Origin: Tubulanus polymorphus
Lineage: Eukaryota > Animalia > Nemertea
DNA length: 64,000 bases
Direction of reading: 5' to 3'
Assembly: GCF_964204645.1 (NCBI RefSeq)
Contig: NC_134028.1
Span: forward strand, 10,726,001 to 10,790,000
The notes beneath the pieces are model-generated. The model saw nothing but the letters and a program-made list of their open reading frames with translations. It had not been told where the DNA came from and made no database searches. The position numbers were made by a program, and so were the translations under genes. Below, in pieces: positions 14,677 to 27,078 of the stretch (position 1 is its first letter; the number at the start of each line of letters is the position of its first letter).

Positions 14677-17149
14677 GATTTATTGATGGATTATGATACT
14701 GATTTAATAGTTTTCAGTTTACTAATATATAGCTGAAGCAGAATAAACAATTCGCGGTTCAAAGTCTATAGACAGCTACAAAATTTTAAGTTTGACCGAG
14801 ACACCCTATCTAGATCAAGATTTTTGTAAATATATCAAAAATTGAGAAATTTCAAATCACGAGGTGGCCCTTTAATGGCACAGTAGGTTACTGAAACCAA
14901 GCAATATTTTTGGGCTTGTCTGACAAATAAACACTGTGTAAAAGGATTGATTATTAATTGCAAATTTTAGTTACATGAAAAATTGAAAGAAACTATGCAG
15001 AAATACTTGTTCTTAAATTTAGTTTACTGTTTAATTAAATCATTGATTGGAGAGTTATGGAAGGAAAACCGCTGATAAAAGATGATTTTTCTCAAAGGGG
15101 GCATTAGGGGGTTTTAAGTGTGTCTTAAGTGGGGCTAGGCACGGAAAATCTCGTCTTAAGTTACATTTTCTGAATCAGCACATAAAATACTATGATTCTG
15201 AGGTAGAATCAGACCTGGACACAAACTGTTGATTAAAAGTGCCCTAGGCCCCCGAAAAAAGGGGGTCTTAAGGGACCCTAGGCACAGAAAATTTCGTCTT
15301 AAGTTCTGATTTTATTTCAGTTGGCCCATGCCCAACTAATAAATGTTGAAATTGATGCTGGACAAAAACTGTTGATTAAAGCCAGTTTTTTGACAAAAGG
15401 GGGCATTAGGGGGTTTTAAGGGTGTCTTAAGTCGGGCTAGGCACGGAAAATCTCGTCTAAAGTTACATTTTCTGAATCAGCACATAAAATACTATGATTC
15501 TGAGGTAGAATCAGACCTGGACAAAAACTGTTGATTAAAAGTGCCCTAGGCCCCCGAAAAAAAGAGGGTCTTAAGGGACCCTAGGCACAGAAAATTTCGT
15601 CTTAAGTTATGATTTTATTTTAGTTGGCCCATGCCGTACTGATTTATGTTGAAATTAATGCTGGACAAAAACTGTTGATTAAAACGATTTTTTGGGAATT
15701 TTTGGGGGCCCACCTACCCCCCGCAGGCACGGCTTTGAAACTTAAGACGTTCCTTTCCTAAGTAGATATGGGCCAACCTTGACATTCCACACCTCAAACC
15801 TTCTTGACTAAAACTGTTGATTAAATGTGGGCTAGCTCCTGGACTATTAATCCTAACACACCAATTGATATAGCTAAAGGAGTAAATGGACTGAATATTG
15901 CTAAAAATGTTATTACAGAACTTATTGTAACTGAACTACTAATAATAAAATGATATATAATTTTACTTTTTAAATATTTTTTCTTTTTAACTTTTAAATC
16001 ATTTTCAAATTCTAATATTTGTTTTTCCAAATATTATTTTGATTTAGTTTTATTTATATCATGATGAATAATATCAATATTATCAACTTTATCGTCCATT
16101 TATTTAGAAAAGAAATTACTTATTAGTAAATTTATAAGCAACAAATAATACAATAACTGTTCCACCTAAAATCCAAATGATTTCTTATTTTTGTTGTTCA
16201 CTACTTGGTGTATAATAATCCGATAATTTAGGTTTATATAGATTTAATTTTTCTTTATTTGGTACTGCGTTATATAAACTCATTGCATCATCGACTGATT
16301 GAAAATCTCTATGAGTAATTTTCTGATTATATAATTCTTTATTGATGTAATCCATATAGTTTTGTCTTTTTTCTCTATATTCTTCTGCAGCTTTATTATA
16401 TTTTTTTAATGGTAAGATATGTCTTATTTGTTCTCCTAATGAACTATTTTTATCAATATGTTTAAATAAATAACCCCCGCCTGTAAATGCTAAAGCGTTT
16501 ACAATTGCTGATCCTATAATAGTTATAATTGCAGATGCCATTTATTAAGTAAAAAAATTTTTTATATAGGAGGAATACATTTTTGTTTTTCTAAATAATC
16601 AATTGTTAAATTAGATAAAGTTACTGCTAACGTTAATTTTAAAATATCATTGATATCAAATCTATCAACATTAACACTTCCCATTTTAGATACTTTTTTT
16701 AATACCATTGTATAACCAACAGTTCCAACTGATAGTAATGCTCCATTATATTAACCAGTTATTATCCACTTATTATCACTCATTTATTTATCAAAAAATT
16801 ACTATCTTCAATATATTTAGTTAACTTAGTTATAATTATTTCAACATTTATTTCATTACTACTTTTATGATTATCATATATTTTGGATAAAACATTTTTA
16901 ATATCATCGATAATTCCATCTTCATTTAATTCATAATATTCTAAAGATGTTTTAATTAAATCAATTACTTTTTCTATATTATTATTTTCTTTGTTAATCA
17001 TTGATGCATTGTTAAATGATTTATTGACTTTTTATATCAGTAATTACATCATTTAGTTTAATCCTCATTTCTTGACCATGTTTAAAATCAAACCCAAAAC
17101 ATATACTCGGCCCAACAGTTATATTCATTTATATAGTGAAAAATTTACA

Positions 17150-17900
17150 CTTTACATCTTATAACTAATTCATAAATTACAGGAAAATTATTCAAATCAA
17201 TTATTTATCCATTATGATTTCTTACTTCTAATTTGAAATTATTAAATCGTGAAATACAAGGCTTAAAATCACATTCTGTTAAATTATAATTTATTTGCAT
17301 TCCAAATTATTTAACATTCTTCAATTGTAAAATATTTAATATACTAGAATTACAAGTTATATCTTTAGTTGCTTCGAATGCCTTTGTAGGATCAATTAAA
17401 TTGCAATAAATATAAAAATGCGTGTAAGGTATTAAGTTTGGCGCCGCATCAATATTTGTATAAGATCTGGAGGAATTCCTAACAGTTTAGCTATAGGTTT
17501 TTTTTACCATAAATTTATGTTTTTCACTATTAGACAACCTTATCTTTATTCTATCAGAACTCTCACTTTTTAAAAATCTAATACTAAACCCGGAATTACT
17601 ACCTAACTTGTGCCAGGCTTTTCTATTAATTTCTTGCGATAATGTATCTAAATTATATAACCCCGGTTTTAAATATATATAGGACCATTCATCTTTATTT
17701 TTATCAAAAATTAAAAAGGCTCTATGTTCAATAGATTTACCCGATATATTATAAAAAGAATTACATGAACTTACATCGACTAATTTTAAATCAACACAAT
17801 TTTTAAATTCTCTATCTAATTGTACTAGTAAATTATGTGATTTATAATTTGTAAGTCTTCTTGAATCAACAAATATTCTATATTCTTTTAATTCTACCAT
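17150..17900 (-). pseudogene. Penton-like gene (left copy)
   Basis: Homolog of 24765-25545. Confidence 0.65.
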
Positions 17901-17901
17901 T

Positions 17902-18259
17902 TATTTTACATATTTTCGTATTCAAAATCTATATCATGGTGCCCTTTTTCATTCTTACCTTTATATATGAAATAGAAATCACCAAAACATAATTCTTCTA
18001 AATCTTCACTTGATAATCTATGAAATCTATCTGGTAAATATGTTCTGAATTTATATTTATTTCCTTTCAATCCTTCATATGCTAAGTGAATAACTAATTT
18101 ATCTCCATATTTGTTAGTAACTGTATCAATATTAGTAATTAAATATTTCTTATGAATTGTTAGTTCATTTAACTTCTTAAATTTACAATCTACTGATTCG
18201 ACATTTGCAGTATCTTAAATTCTATTTAAGAATTAACTGTGTATTTGTTTACTCTCCAT
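17902..18259 (-). pseudogene. Small Polinton protein, possibly OB-fold ssDNA-binding
   Basis: FKKLNEL..KKYLITNI..V.NKYG..VI.L..FRTYLPDRF..FIYKG pattern; two stops near the 5' end; absent from the right copy. Confidence 0.4.
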
Positions 18260-18507
18260 TTTGATAACATATTTTTTATTAAAATTGATTTTAGAAGTTA
18301 TTCATATTCATATATATGAATATTATAAGAGTAATAGGAATTAGTTGTTCTAGATTAAAGGTTGAGAGGGCAAGTGAGTAAAAAATTGAAAAATTCATAA
18401 AAAATGAAAATAAATTCTCGCACACTCGAATTTATTGTTCATTTTTTATGAATTTTTTTATTTTCTGGCCAAGTTAGTGTTGGCTACGTATGTTTTTACA
18501 GGGAATG

Positions 18508-18592
18508 AGTAATTGGAAAAGTACGCTTTCAGATCAGAGTACGAGACACCACTCATCACCACAAGTAATTTTTTTTCCTAATAAATGGGAGA
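18508..18592 (+). repeat. Polinton left TIR (contains TAAATG start of the pPolB gene)
   Basis: Reverse complement of 40125-40217; begins AGT. Confidence 0.9.
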
Positions 18593-21500
18593 GAGTGAGT
18601 ACCAGACAGAAAACAATAATGTTAATAAAAATCAATATTATTGCCTATATTGTAAAAAAATACATCGATAAATCTAATAAATCTAAACATGAAAAATCTT
18701 CAAATCATATAAAAAATGTTATGGATTTTGAAACTCCAGAAAATTCCAATGAAAGAAAAGAACGATTAGAAAATATGAATGTGGATGAAATAAAATGTGA
18801 AGTTTGTAATGAATTTTTAGTAAAAAGGAATAGACATCTCGAATCACAAAAACACCACCAAAATTTGAGTAATAATGTTTAGGAAAAGATTATTTTGATG
18901 ATAAACCTCAAAAAGTAAAAAAACCAAATTCAAAAACTAAATCCATTTCAAATAAACCTTACATGGAAAATGTTAGAAATTATATTGATTCACTAGAAAT
19001 AAAAGATACAATTGAAATTTTAGAAACATTACGTAGTAAAATTGGTCCTGCAGCTATTATATTCAGATTTTTTAAAGGAACAACAATAGAAGATTATAGT
19101 AAATTTAATGAAATAATAGAAAAAATACTAGATTTGATAACAGATGTTGAATATCCAAAAATTAGTATCTCTGGGAAAGTAAGTTTTATAAAGTCAGAAG
19201 AAAAAATGGATTATAATATTCAAACACTCTCTGAAGAAATAATTTCAAAAAGACAAATAAAAGAGAAATTAGAAAAAATATTTAATGAATTTAAACGTCA
19301 TATTGAAGAAAGATATTTTGAGGGTTCTGGCTTAACATTGAATGAAATTATATATTAAGATTTAAATGATTTAAACATCAAAAAGTAATAAAATGTTTAA
19401 AAATGATTCAAACTTTACAACAGAAAAGGATATTAAAGCATCATCTTATATCAAATTACCATTTACAACAAAAGCAGTAATAAATATTCAAAATGAAGAT
19501 AATAAATGTTTTCTATGGTCAATTATTAGTTGCTTACATCCAACACAGGAAAATGTTTGTAGAATAACATATTACCGGAAATATGAAAAATTATCTAAAA
19601 TTGATCAATATCCAGTAACTATAAAAATGATACCCAAAATAGAAAAAATTGATAATTTAAAAATAAATGTATTCGAATTAATGCAATTACCAAATACAAA
19701 AGGTGAAAATATTAAAGATTATACATTGGAAGCTTTATATTTAACAGAATATTATGATGATGAAAATGCTATAGATTTGTTATATTACAAAAAAGAGGAA
19801 AATGAACATTATGTGTGGTTAAAACAAATTGATGTATTCTTTAGAACAGAAAATGATCACCATAATAGAATTTATCTATGTAGAAAATGTATATCTAAAT
19901 TTATGACTGAGAATACATTATTAAAACATAAAGAATTATGTGATAATAAAGATTTTTGTAAATTAATAATGCCAACAGAAAAAGATTATAAATTGAAATT
20001 TACTAATCATAAATTAAAAAATATTGTTCCATTTGTAATTTATGGGGATTTTGAATCGTTGAATAAAGAACTAACTGATCAAGATAGAAAAGAAATATAT
20101 AACAAAAAGCAATTACGAAAATCAATGGATAAAGGAATTGAACTAAATGAAGATATAATTCAAGACCCACCAATTATAAATACAATTAAAAAAGTTCATC
20201 AAAGAGCTGCTGCTTATGGAATTTACATAAAATCAAATTATCCCGAATTATATGAAAGTCAATATATTTCTTTTAGAGGTGAAAATGTAGTTAATGATTT
20301 TTGTAACAACATAATTGAATTAGAAAGTGATTTTGCAGAATTATTAAACAAAAATAAAAGAATAGTTATGACAAAAGAAGATGAAATTGATTTTAATTAT
20401 GCAGCTCATTGTTGTTATTGTGAAAAACGTTTTTATTCATTTGATAAAAAAGTTAGAGATCATGATCATTTAAATTCAAAATATCGTGGAGCTGCGCATG
20501 AAGATTGTAATTTACAAGCTAAAAAAGTAAATTTCGTTCCAATATTATTTCATAATTTATCAGGCTATGATACCCATCTATTTATAAAACAATTATCAGG
20601 GAAATTGGGCGCAATTAATCAAGAAATAGAAGAATATAATGCTATGAATGGTGTAAATGTAAGAAAATATGATTTTAAACTATTAGCCAAAACATCTGAA
20701 AATTATATTTCATTTCAATTTGGTTGCATTAGATTTTTAGATTCTTATAGATTTCTAGCAAGTTCATTAGATAATTTAGCAAAAAGTTTAGTTGATAATG
20801 ATTTTGTTATAACTCGATATTAATATCCAAATGAACAAGATTTTAAATTATTGAGATATAAAGGTGCAATTCCTTATTCATTTTATGATTTTAATGTAAC
20901 AGAATTATTAAAAGATCAATTTTATGATCAATTAAAAGAGGAGTATGTGAAAGATGAAGTGTTTAATAGAACATTAAATATTTGGAACCATTTTAAGATG
21001 AAAAATCATGGTGAATTAGTTGATTTATATTTAAAATCAGATGTGATGATATTGGCTGACATATTTGAAAAATTTAGAGAAGTGAATTTGAATCATTTTG
21101 ATGTTGATCCTTGTTATTGCTACTCTAGTCCTGGTTTAACCTGGCAATGTGGTTTAAAATACACAAATGTAGAATTAGATTTATTAAAAGAACCAGAAAT
21201 GGTTTTATTATTTGAAAAATAAATTAGAGGTGGAATTAGTGGTGTTATGGGATATAGGTATTTTAAAGCAAATGATGAATATAAATTATTATATATTGAC
21301 GCCAATAATTTATATGGTTGGGCAATGATGCAACCTCAACCATATAAAAGTTTTATATTAACAGAAGTTGAAAATGATGATAAAACTGATTGGGAAAGCG
21401 CAATTGCGAGTTTAAAAGATGAAGCACCAATTATATTGTTCATTATAGAATGTTATAATTTTATCTAAAGCAAGGAATGAAATTAAAGAAAGTACATAGA

Positions 21501-23410
21501 TATATTGAATTTAATCAATCGAAATGGTTAGAAAAATATATAGATTTCAATACTCAACAGAGAACCATATCAAAAACAGATTTTGAAAAAGATTTCTTCA
21601 AATTAATGAATAATAGTTTTTATGGTAAAACATGTGAAAATATTAGAAATAGAAATGATATTGAATTAGTAAATAATTCTGAACGATTAAGACATTTACA
21701 ATCAAGTCCTAGACATTTAGGAAATAAAAGATTTGAAGATTATTTAACAGCAGTTAAATTAAAAAGAACGTCAATGAAATTTAATAAACCTATATTCATT
21801 GGTTCAACTGTTTTAGAAGTATCAAAATTATTAATGTATGATTTTTATTATAATGTTTTACAACCACTTTTTGGGGAAAAACATATAGAAATCTTATATT
21901 TTGATTCTGTTACAGCTGACACCCCAATATTATTAAAATGTAATGATAAAATATTGATAAGAAGAATTTCAGAAATAATTCCAAAACAAAATGAATGTTA
22001 TATTTCATATGGTGAAAAAGAATTAATACAAATAAATGGTTTAATGGATGTTTGGACAAGAAATGGATGGAAAAAATTAAAGAATATTATTAGACATAAA
22101 ACAAATAAGAAAATCTATAGAGTTAGAACTAAATTAAAGTTTGTAGATGTTACAGAAGATCATAGTTTAATTAAACGAAATGGCGATGAAATAAAACCAA
22201 CTGATATAAAAATTGGAGATGAATTATTACATAAAAGATTTTTCCAAAGAATGAATCATATGTCATTTGATGAAATTATTGATAATATTTATAATACAGA
22301 ACCCGAAACATTAGAAGAAAAAGGATATTTTATCATAGGATTTTTCATGGGTGATGGTTCAGCAGGTGTGTATAAATATGTTAATCGCACTCAATATCGT
22401 TGGTATTTATGCAATCAAGATTTGAAATTATTAGAAAGAATTAAGAAATTCTGTGAAGAAGTTTATTCACATAAAACATTTAGAATCGTGGATCATATGA
22501 AATCATCCGCGGTTTATAGAATATTTGTAAATAATCCTAAAGATTTTGCTACAAAATATAATGATGAATTCTATATTCATGCAATAGTTAAAAGTAATAC
22601 TTCAACTAAAAAAAAGATAGTTCCAGATTATGTATTAAATGCAAAAGATAATTTAAGAAAATGGTTCTTCATTGGATTTTATGCTGCAGATGGTTCAAAA
22701 AGTTTCAATACAATATCTTTTAAGCTCAAAAAGGAAAAGTTGCTATATCAGGGTTAAATATATTATGTAGTTCATTAGGCTTCAATATGAATATTGGATT
22801 GATTAAATCTAAACCAAATTGCTTTAATTTAAGCCACACAGAAAAAGATTTAACTGAAGAAGTTAAAGATTTATTTGAAATATATAACCCAGCAGATTAT
22901 GTTTATGATTTATCAACTGAAGATGGTACATTTAACTGTGGATTTCCATTAATTGCGTTCAATACTGACAGTTACATACTAAAAATCAAGACAAATGACA
23001 TAACAAAAGACTTAAAAACATGAAAACATCATTTTGATTTTAGCAATTATCCCAAAGATCATGAACTATTTAGCAATGATAATAAAAAGATTCCTGGTAA
23101 ATTTAAAGATGAATTAGGGGGTGATGAAATGATTGAATTTGTTGGGATAAGAAGTAAAATGTATAGTTACAGAACAAAAGATCATGAAGCTAAAAAGTTA
23201 AAAGGAATAACAAAACATGTGGTTGATAAACATATAGAATTTCAAGATTATATAAAGTGTTTATATAACTCAATTGTAATGAAACACAAAATGAATTGTT
23301 TAAGATCAGAAGATTACGAGATGTACATTAATGAAGTTGAAAAAAAGTTTGAATCCATTTGATGATAAAAGGCATATTTTAGATGATGGTATAAAAACAT
23401 TACCGAAATC
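18585..23410 (+). pseudogene. Protein-primed family B DNA polymerase (pPolB) with N-terminal zinc fingers, vOTU-like protease region, exonuclease with HNH/EndoVII insert and an intein; disrupted
   Basis: Motifs: NKCFLWSI..HYVW (OTU-like), IYGDFES (Exo I), C..C..VRDHDH..YRGAAH..CN (EndoVII), FHNLSGYD, YIDANNLYG (A), KLMNNSFYGKT (B), YFD|TDS (C), PFDDKR. Stops, frameshifts and an internal deletion near 21428 split it into 7+ ORFs. Confidence 0.93.
21906..22963 (+). mobile_element. Intein with LAGLIDADG homing endonuclease inserted in pPolB motif C
   Basis: YFD|SVTADTPILL (block A), VDVTEDHSL (block B TxxH), FIIGFFMGDGS and FFIGFYAADGS (two LAGLIDADG motifs), YVYDLSTEDGTF (block F), IAFN|TDS (block G, +1 Thr). 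One frameshift at ~22721. Confidence 0.93.
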
Positions 23411-23653
23411 ACTATTGGCTTCTTCATTTTCATTTAATTGTTCTTGTATAATTTGTTTAGGTTCTTCCATTTCATTTTTCTCATTTAAATAAAGTTCTAT
23501 CTTGTACCACATTTCATCTCGCTCTCTTTGTTTCTTTTTGTTTGTTAATTCGTCAAATGGAATTATACTATCGATGTTTAAATAATTTACAATCTTATTT
23601 AAAAAGAATTCATAATTAATTGAATCTGTTATTCTATTTTCCAAATGATACAT
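23306..23653 (-). CDS. Polinton hypothetical protein
   Basis: 115-aa ORF, start overlaps stop of upstream ORF; convergent with pPolB. Confidence 0.45.
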   Translation of the reverse strand: MYHLENRITDSINYEFFLNKIVNYLNIDSIIPFDELTNKKKQRERDEMWYKIELYLNEKNEMEEPKQIIQEQLNENEEANSDFGNVFIPSSKICLLSSNGFKLFFNFINVHLVIF

Positions 23654-24294
23654 TAATATTTGTTTGAATGTTTTTTTATATTTTCCATATATTCTTCTGT
23701 TAATTTAGGTTTTTCATAATAATCATTAAATAATAAATATAAATACATTTTCTTTTGTTTTGTGTTAAATGTTGATGGAATAATTGTTTTTATAATATCT
23801 TTTTTAGTTATTTCACCATTTTTATTTTCTATCATTTTCATTTTTTCAAGCCATTGCATATATTCTGGTGTATGAACTTCTATAGAAAATATTTTAAAAA
23901 TTTCATCTAGATAATTTAATTTTGGTTCTATGAGAAAATCTCTAGTTTTTTCATCACCCCATAAATTCTTTTGCCATCCACATTCATTACAAAATAACAC
24001 AGTACCTTCTTGTCTTAAGGTCGCATAATTACATTGTGGGCATTTTTGTTTATAATTTATTGGTAATAGATCTTCATTAAGCTCCTGGTATTTTCTTATG
24101 TTTTCTTTATGTTTTACTGTTCTATTATGTAGATTTGAATTACATGTTGTAATAATCAATTTACAATATTTACAATAATATGTTTTTCTTGTTAATTCAT
24201 TATATTGTTTTTCTAACTTTTCAACTGTTTCTTTATTATCTGGTAACGTTTTCTCATATTTTATTTTTTCTAATTTATTTATTTCTAGTTTCAA
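23653..24294 (-). CDS. Polinton zinc-finger/zinc-ribbon protein
   Basis: YYCKYC..H..T.KH and CPQC..CNECG motifs. Confidence 0.6.
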   Translation of the reverse strand: MKLEINKLEKIKYEKTLPDNKETVEKLEKQYNELTRKTYYCKYCKLIITTCNSNLHNRTVKHKENIRKYQELNEDLLPINYKQKCPQCNYATLRQEGTVLFCNECGWQKNLWGDEKTRDFLIEPKLNYLDEIFKIFSIEVHTPEYMQWLEKMKMIENKNGEITKKDIIKTIIPSTFNTKQKKMYLYLLFNDYYEKPKLTEEYMENIKKHSNKY

Positions 24295-24697
24295 ATTTAT
24301 TAGAAATTTTATCTATATGTATTTTACGAAATTGATGATTCTCCCAAGCTTCTATATTTTCAGGACTAAATTTCATTCGACAAGGCTCGCAGAAATGATC
24401 TTTCATATTATCCTTGTCATAGAATAAGAAAAGTCTTTTCCAAATAATTTCAGGTTCAACTTCAACAGAATTAATATTACTTTCGTTACAATCAACATTA
24501 GCCGTTGCGCCATTAATTTTACACTTCTCTGAATGTTTTTTAACATAATTTCTTGAGAATAATTTATTACATTTTGGGCAGTTTATTTTAGGGGGTTTAT
24601 AATTTTCATCATGTTTTTTCATATGTCGAGCCATATTACTTGTTCTTAGAAGTTCACCACAAATTTCGCATGGTATCTTCTCATCTTCTCATCCATT
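24275..24697 (-). pseudogene. Polinton C2H2 zinc-finger protein (frameshifted 5' end)
   Basis: CEIC..ARHMKKH, CPKC..KKHSEKC, CEPC..H motifs; TAAATG start near 24695. Confidence 0.55.
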
Positions 24698-24764
24698 TAG
24701 TAAGGAAAAATTTTATTAAAATTAATTTTTAGTGATGAGCGGTAATTTTTTTATGTTATAAATA

Positions 24765-25545
24765 ATGGTAGAATTAAAAGAATACAGAATATTTGTTGAT
24801 TCTAGAAAACTTACAAATTATAAATCACATAATTTACTAGTTCAATTAGATAGAGAATTTAAGAATTGTGTTGATTTAAAATTAGTGAATATAAGTTTAT
24901 GTAACTCTTTTTATAATATATCAGATAAAACTGATGAACATAGAAGCTTTTTTATTTTTGATAAAATTAGTAGTAAATGGTTTCAACTTATGCTTACACC
25001 AGGATTATATAATTTAGAAACATTAGCGCAAGAAATTAATAGTAAAGCTCGGATTGGATTAGGTAGTGATTCTAAATTTAATATTAAATTCATAAAAAGT
25101 GAGATCTCTAATGAAATTAAAGTAAAGTTTGATGATGAAAATATTAATCCTGCTTTATTTACAAGAAAACATGCTTACGTGGTATAAAAAAACTTTTGCT
25201 AAACTGTTAGGAATTCTTCCAAATAAACTTAATGTCGGAAACATATACGGTATATCAAATTTAATACCTTTTACACATTTTTATATTTATTGCAATTTAA
25301 TTGATCCTACAAAAACATTTGAAGCAACTAAAGATATAACTTGTAATTCTAGTATATTGAATATTCTACCATTAAAAAATGTTAAACAATTTGGAACGCA
25401 AATAGATTATAAATTAGCTGAATGTGATTAAACCTTGTATACCACAATTTAATAATTTTAAATTAGAAATAAGAAATCATAATGGATATTTAATTGATTT
25501 AAATAACTTTCCTGTGATATATGAATTAGTTATAAGATGTATAGA
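24765..25545 (+). pseudogene. Minor capsid (penton)-like protein, frameshifted
   Basis: IFVDSR..NSFYNI..LTPGLYN..FYIYCNLID..ILNILP..LEIRNHNG.LIDLNNFP pattern resembles Polinton/PLV pentons; three ORF pieces. Confidence 0.65.
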
Positions 25546-25586
25546 GTATTTGTATAGAGTATGTATAGAATTTTTTCATTATATAA

Positions 25587-25943
25587 ATGAATATAACTGT
25601 TGGACCGAGTATATGTTTTGGATTTGATTTTAAACGTGAGAAAGAAATGAAATTTAACATTAATGATGTAATTACAGATATTAAAAATATTGCATTTTCT
25701 AATGAAACAACATTTGAGTATGAAACAACAATAGATAAAGAAACTTTAAATGTAGAAAAGATTACTAATTTAATTAGAGAATCTTTAAGATTTTATGAAT
25801 TAGAAGAAGATTTTATCATCGATGATATTAAAATAATAATAATTGAAATATATACAAATGAAACTAGTAATGAAATAAATGTTGATTTAATCATAAATAA
25901 GTTAAATAAATATTTTGATGATAGTAATTTTTTTGATAAATAA
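25587..25943 (+). CDS. Polinton hypothetical acidic protein
   Basis: 118-aa ORF with TAAATG start; homolog at ~16780-17128 (-). Confidence 0.6.
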   Translation: MNITVGPSICFGFDFKREKEMKFNINDVITDIKNIAFSNETTFEYETTIDKETLNVEKITNLIRESLRFYELEEDFIIDDIKIIIIEIYTNETSNEINVDLIINKLNKYFDDSNFFDK

Positions 25944-27062
25944 ATGAGTGATAATAAGTGGATAATAACTGGATTATATAATGGAGCATTACTATCAGTT
26001 GGAACTGTTGGTTATTCAATGGTATTAAAAAAAGTATTTAAAATGGAAGTGTTAATGTTGATAGATTTGATATAAATGATATTTTAAAATTAACATTAGC
26101 AGTTACTTTATCTAATTTAACTATTGATTATTTAGAAAAACAAAAATATATTCCTCCCATATAAATGCGTAATTATTTTACTAAATAAATGGCTTCTGCA
26201 ATTATAACTATTATAGGATCGGCAATTGTTAACGCTTTAGCATTTACTGGTGGTGGTTATTTATTTAAGCATATTGATAAAAATAGTTCATTAGGAGAAC
26301 AAAGAAGACATAACTTAGCATTAGAAAAATACAATAAAGCAGCAGAAGAATATAGAGAAAAGAGGCAAAACTATATGGATTATATTAACAAGGAATTATA
26401 TGATCAGTAGATTTCACATATAGATTTTCAATCAGTTGATGATGCAATGAGTTTATATAACGCGGTAACCAATAAAGAAAAATTACATCTACATAAACCT
26501 ACAATATCAGATTATTATACCCCAAGTAAAGAACAACAGAAATATGAAATAATTTGGATTTTAGGCGGAACAGTTATTGTTATATTTGTTGCTTATAAAT
26601 TCACTAATTAGTAATTTTTTTGCTAAATAAATGGAAGATTAAGTTGATAATATTGATATTATTCCTCATGATATAAATAAAACTAAATTAAAAATATATT
26701 TAGAAAAACAAATGTTAGAATTTGAAAATGATTTAAAAGTTAAAAAGAAAAAATATTTAAAATCTAAAATTATATATTATTTGATTATAAGTGGTTTGGT
26801 TCGGTTACAATTAGTTCTGTAATAACATTTCTAGCAATATTTTCGCCATTAACACCTTTAGCTATATCAATTGGCGTATTAGAATTAAGTTCAAGTGTTT
26901 TAACTGGTATAAGTTCAAAATTAAATATAAAAAGTAATAAAGAAAAAATTAAAACTAATATAAAAGAAATTAATAAATTAAAGAATACACTAGATTATAT
27001 ACTAAGTTTAAATGGCAGTTGAAGAACAAGATAAATTATTAAAAGAATTAATAAATTATTAA
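25944..27062 (+). pseudogene. Cluster of three small predicted membrane proteins (MSDNKW.., MASAIIT.., MED.VDN..)
   Basis: Each starts at TAAATG and has hydrophobic stretches; stops/frameshifts present; homologs in the left copy. Confidence 0.6.
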
Positions 27063-27078
27063 TTTTTTAATTATATAA

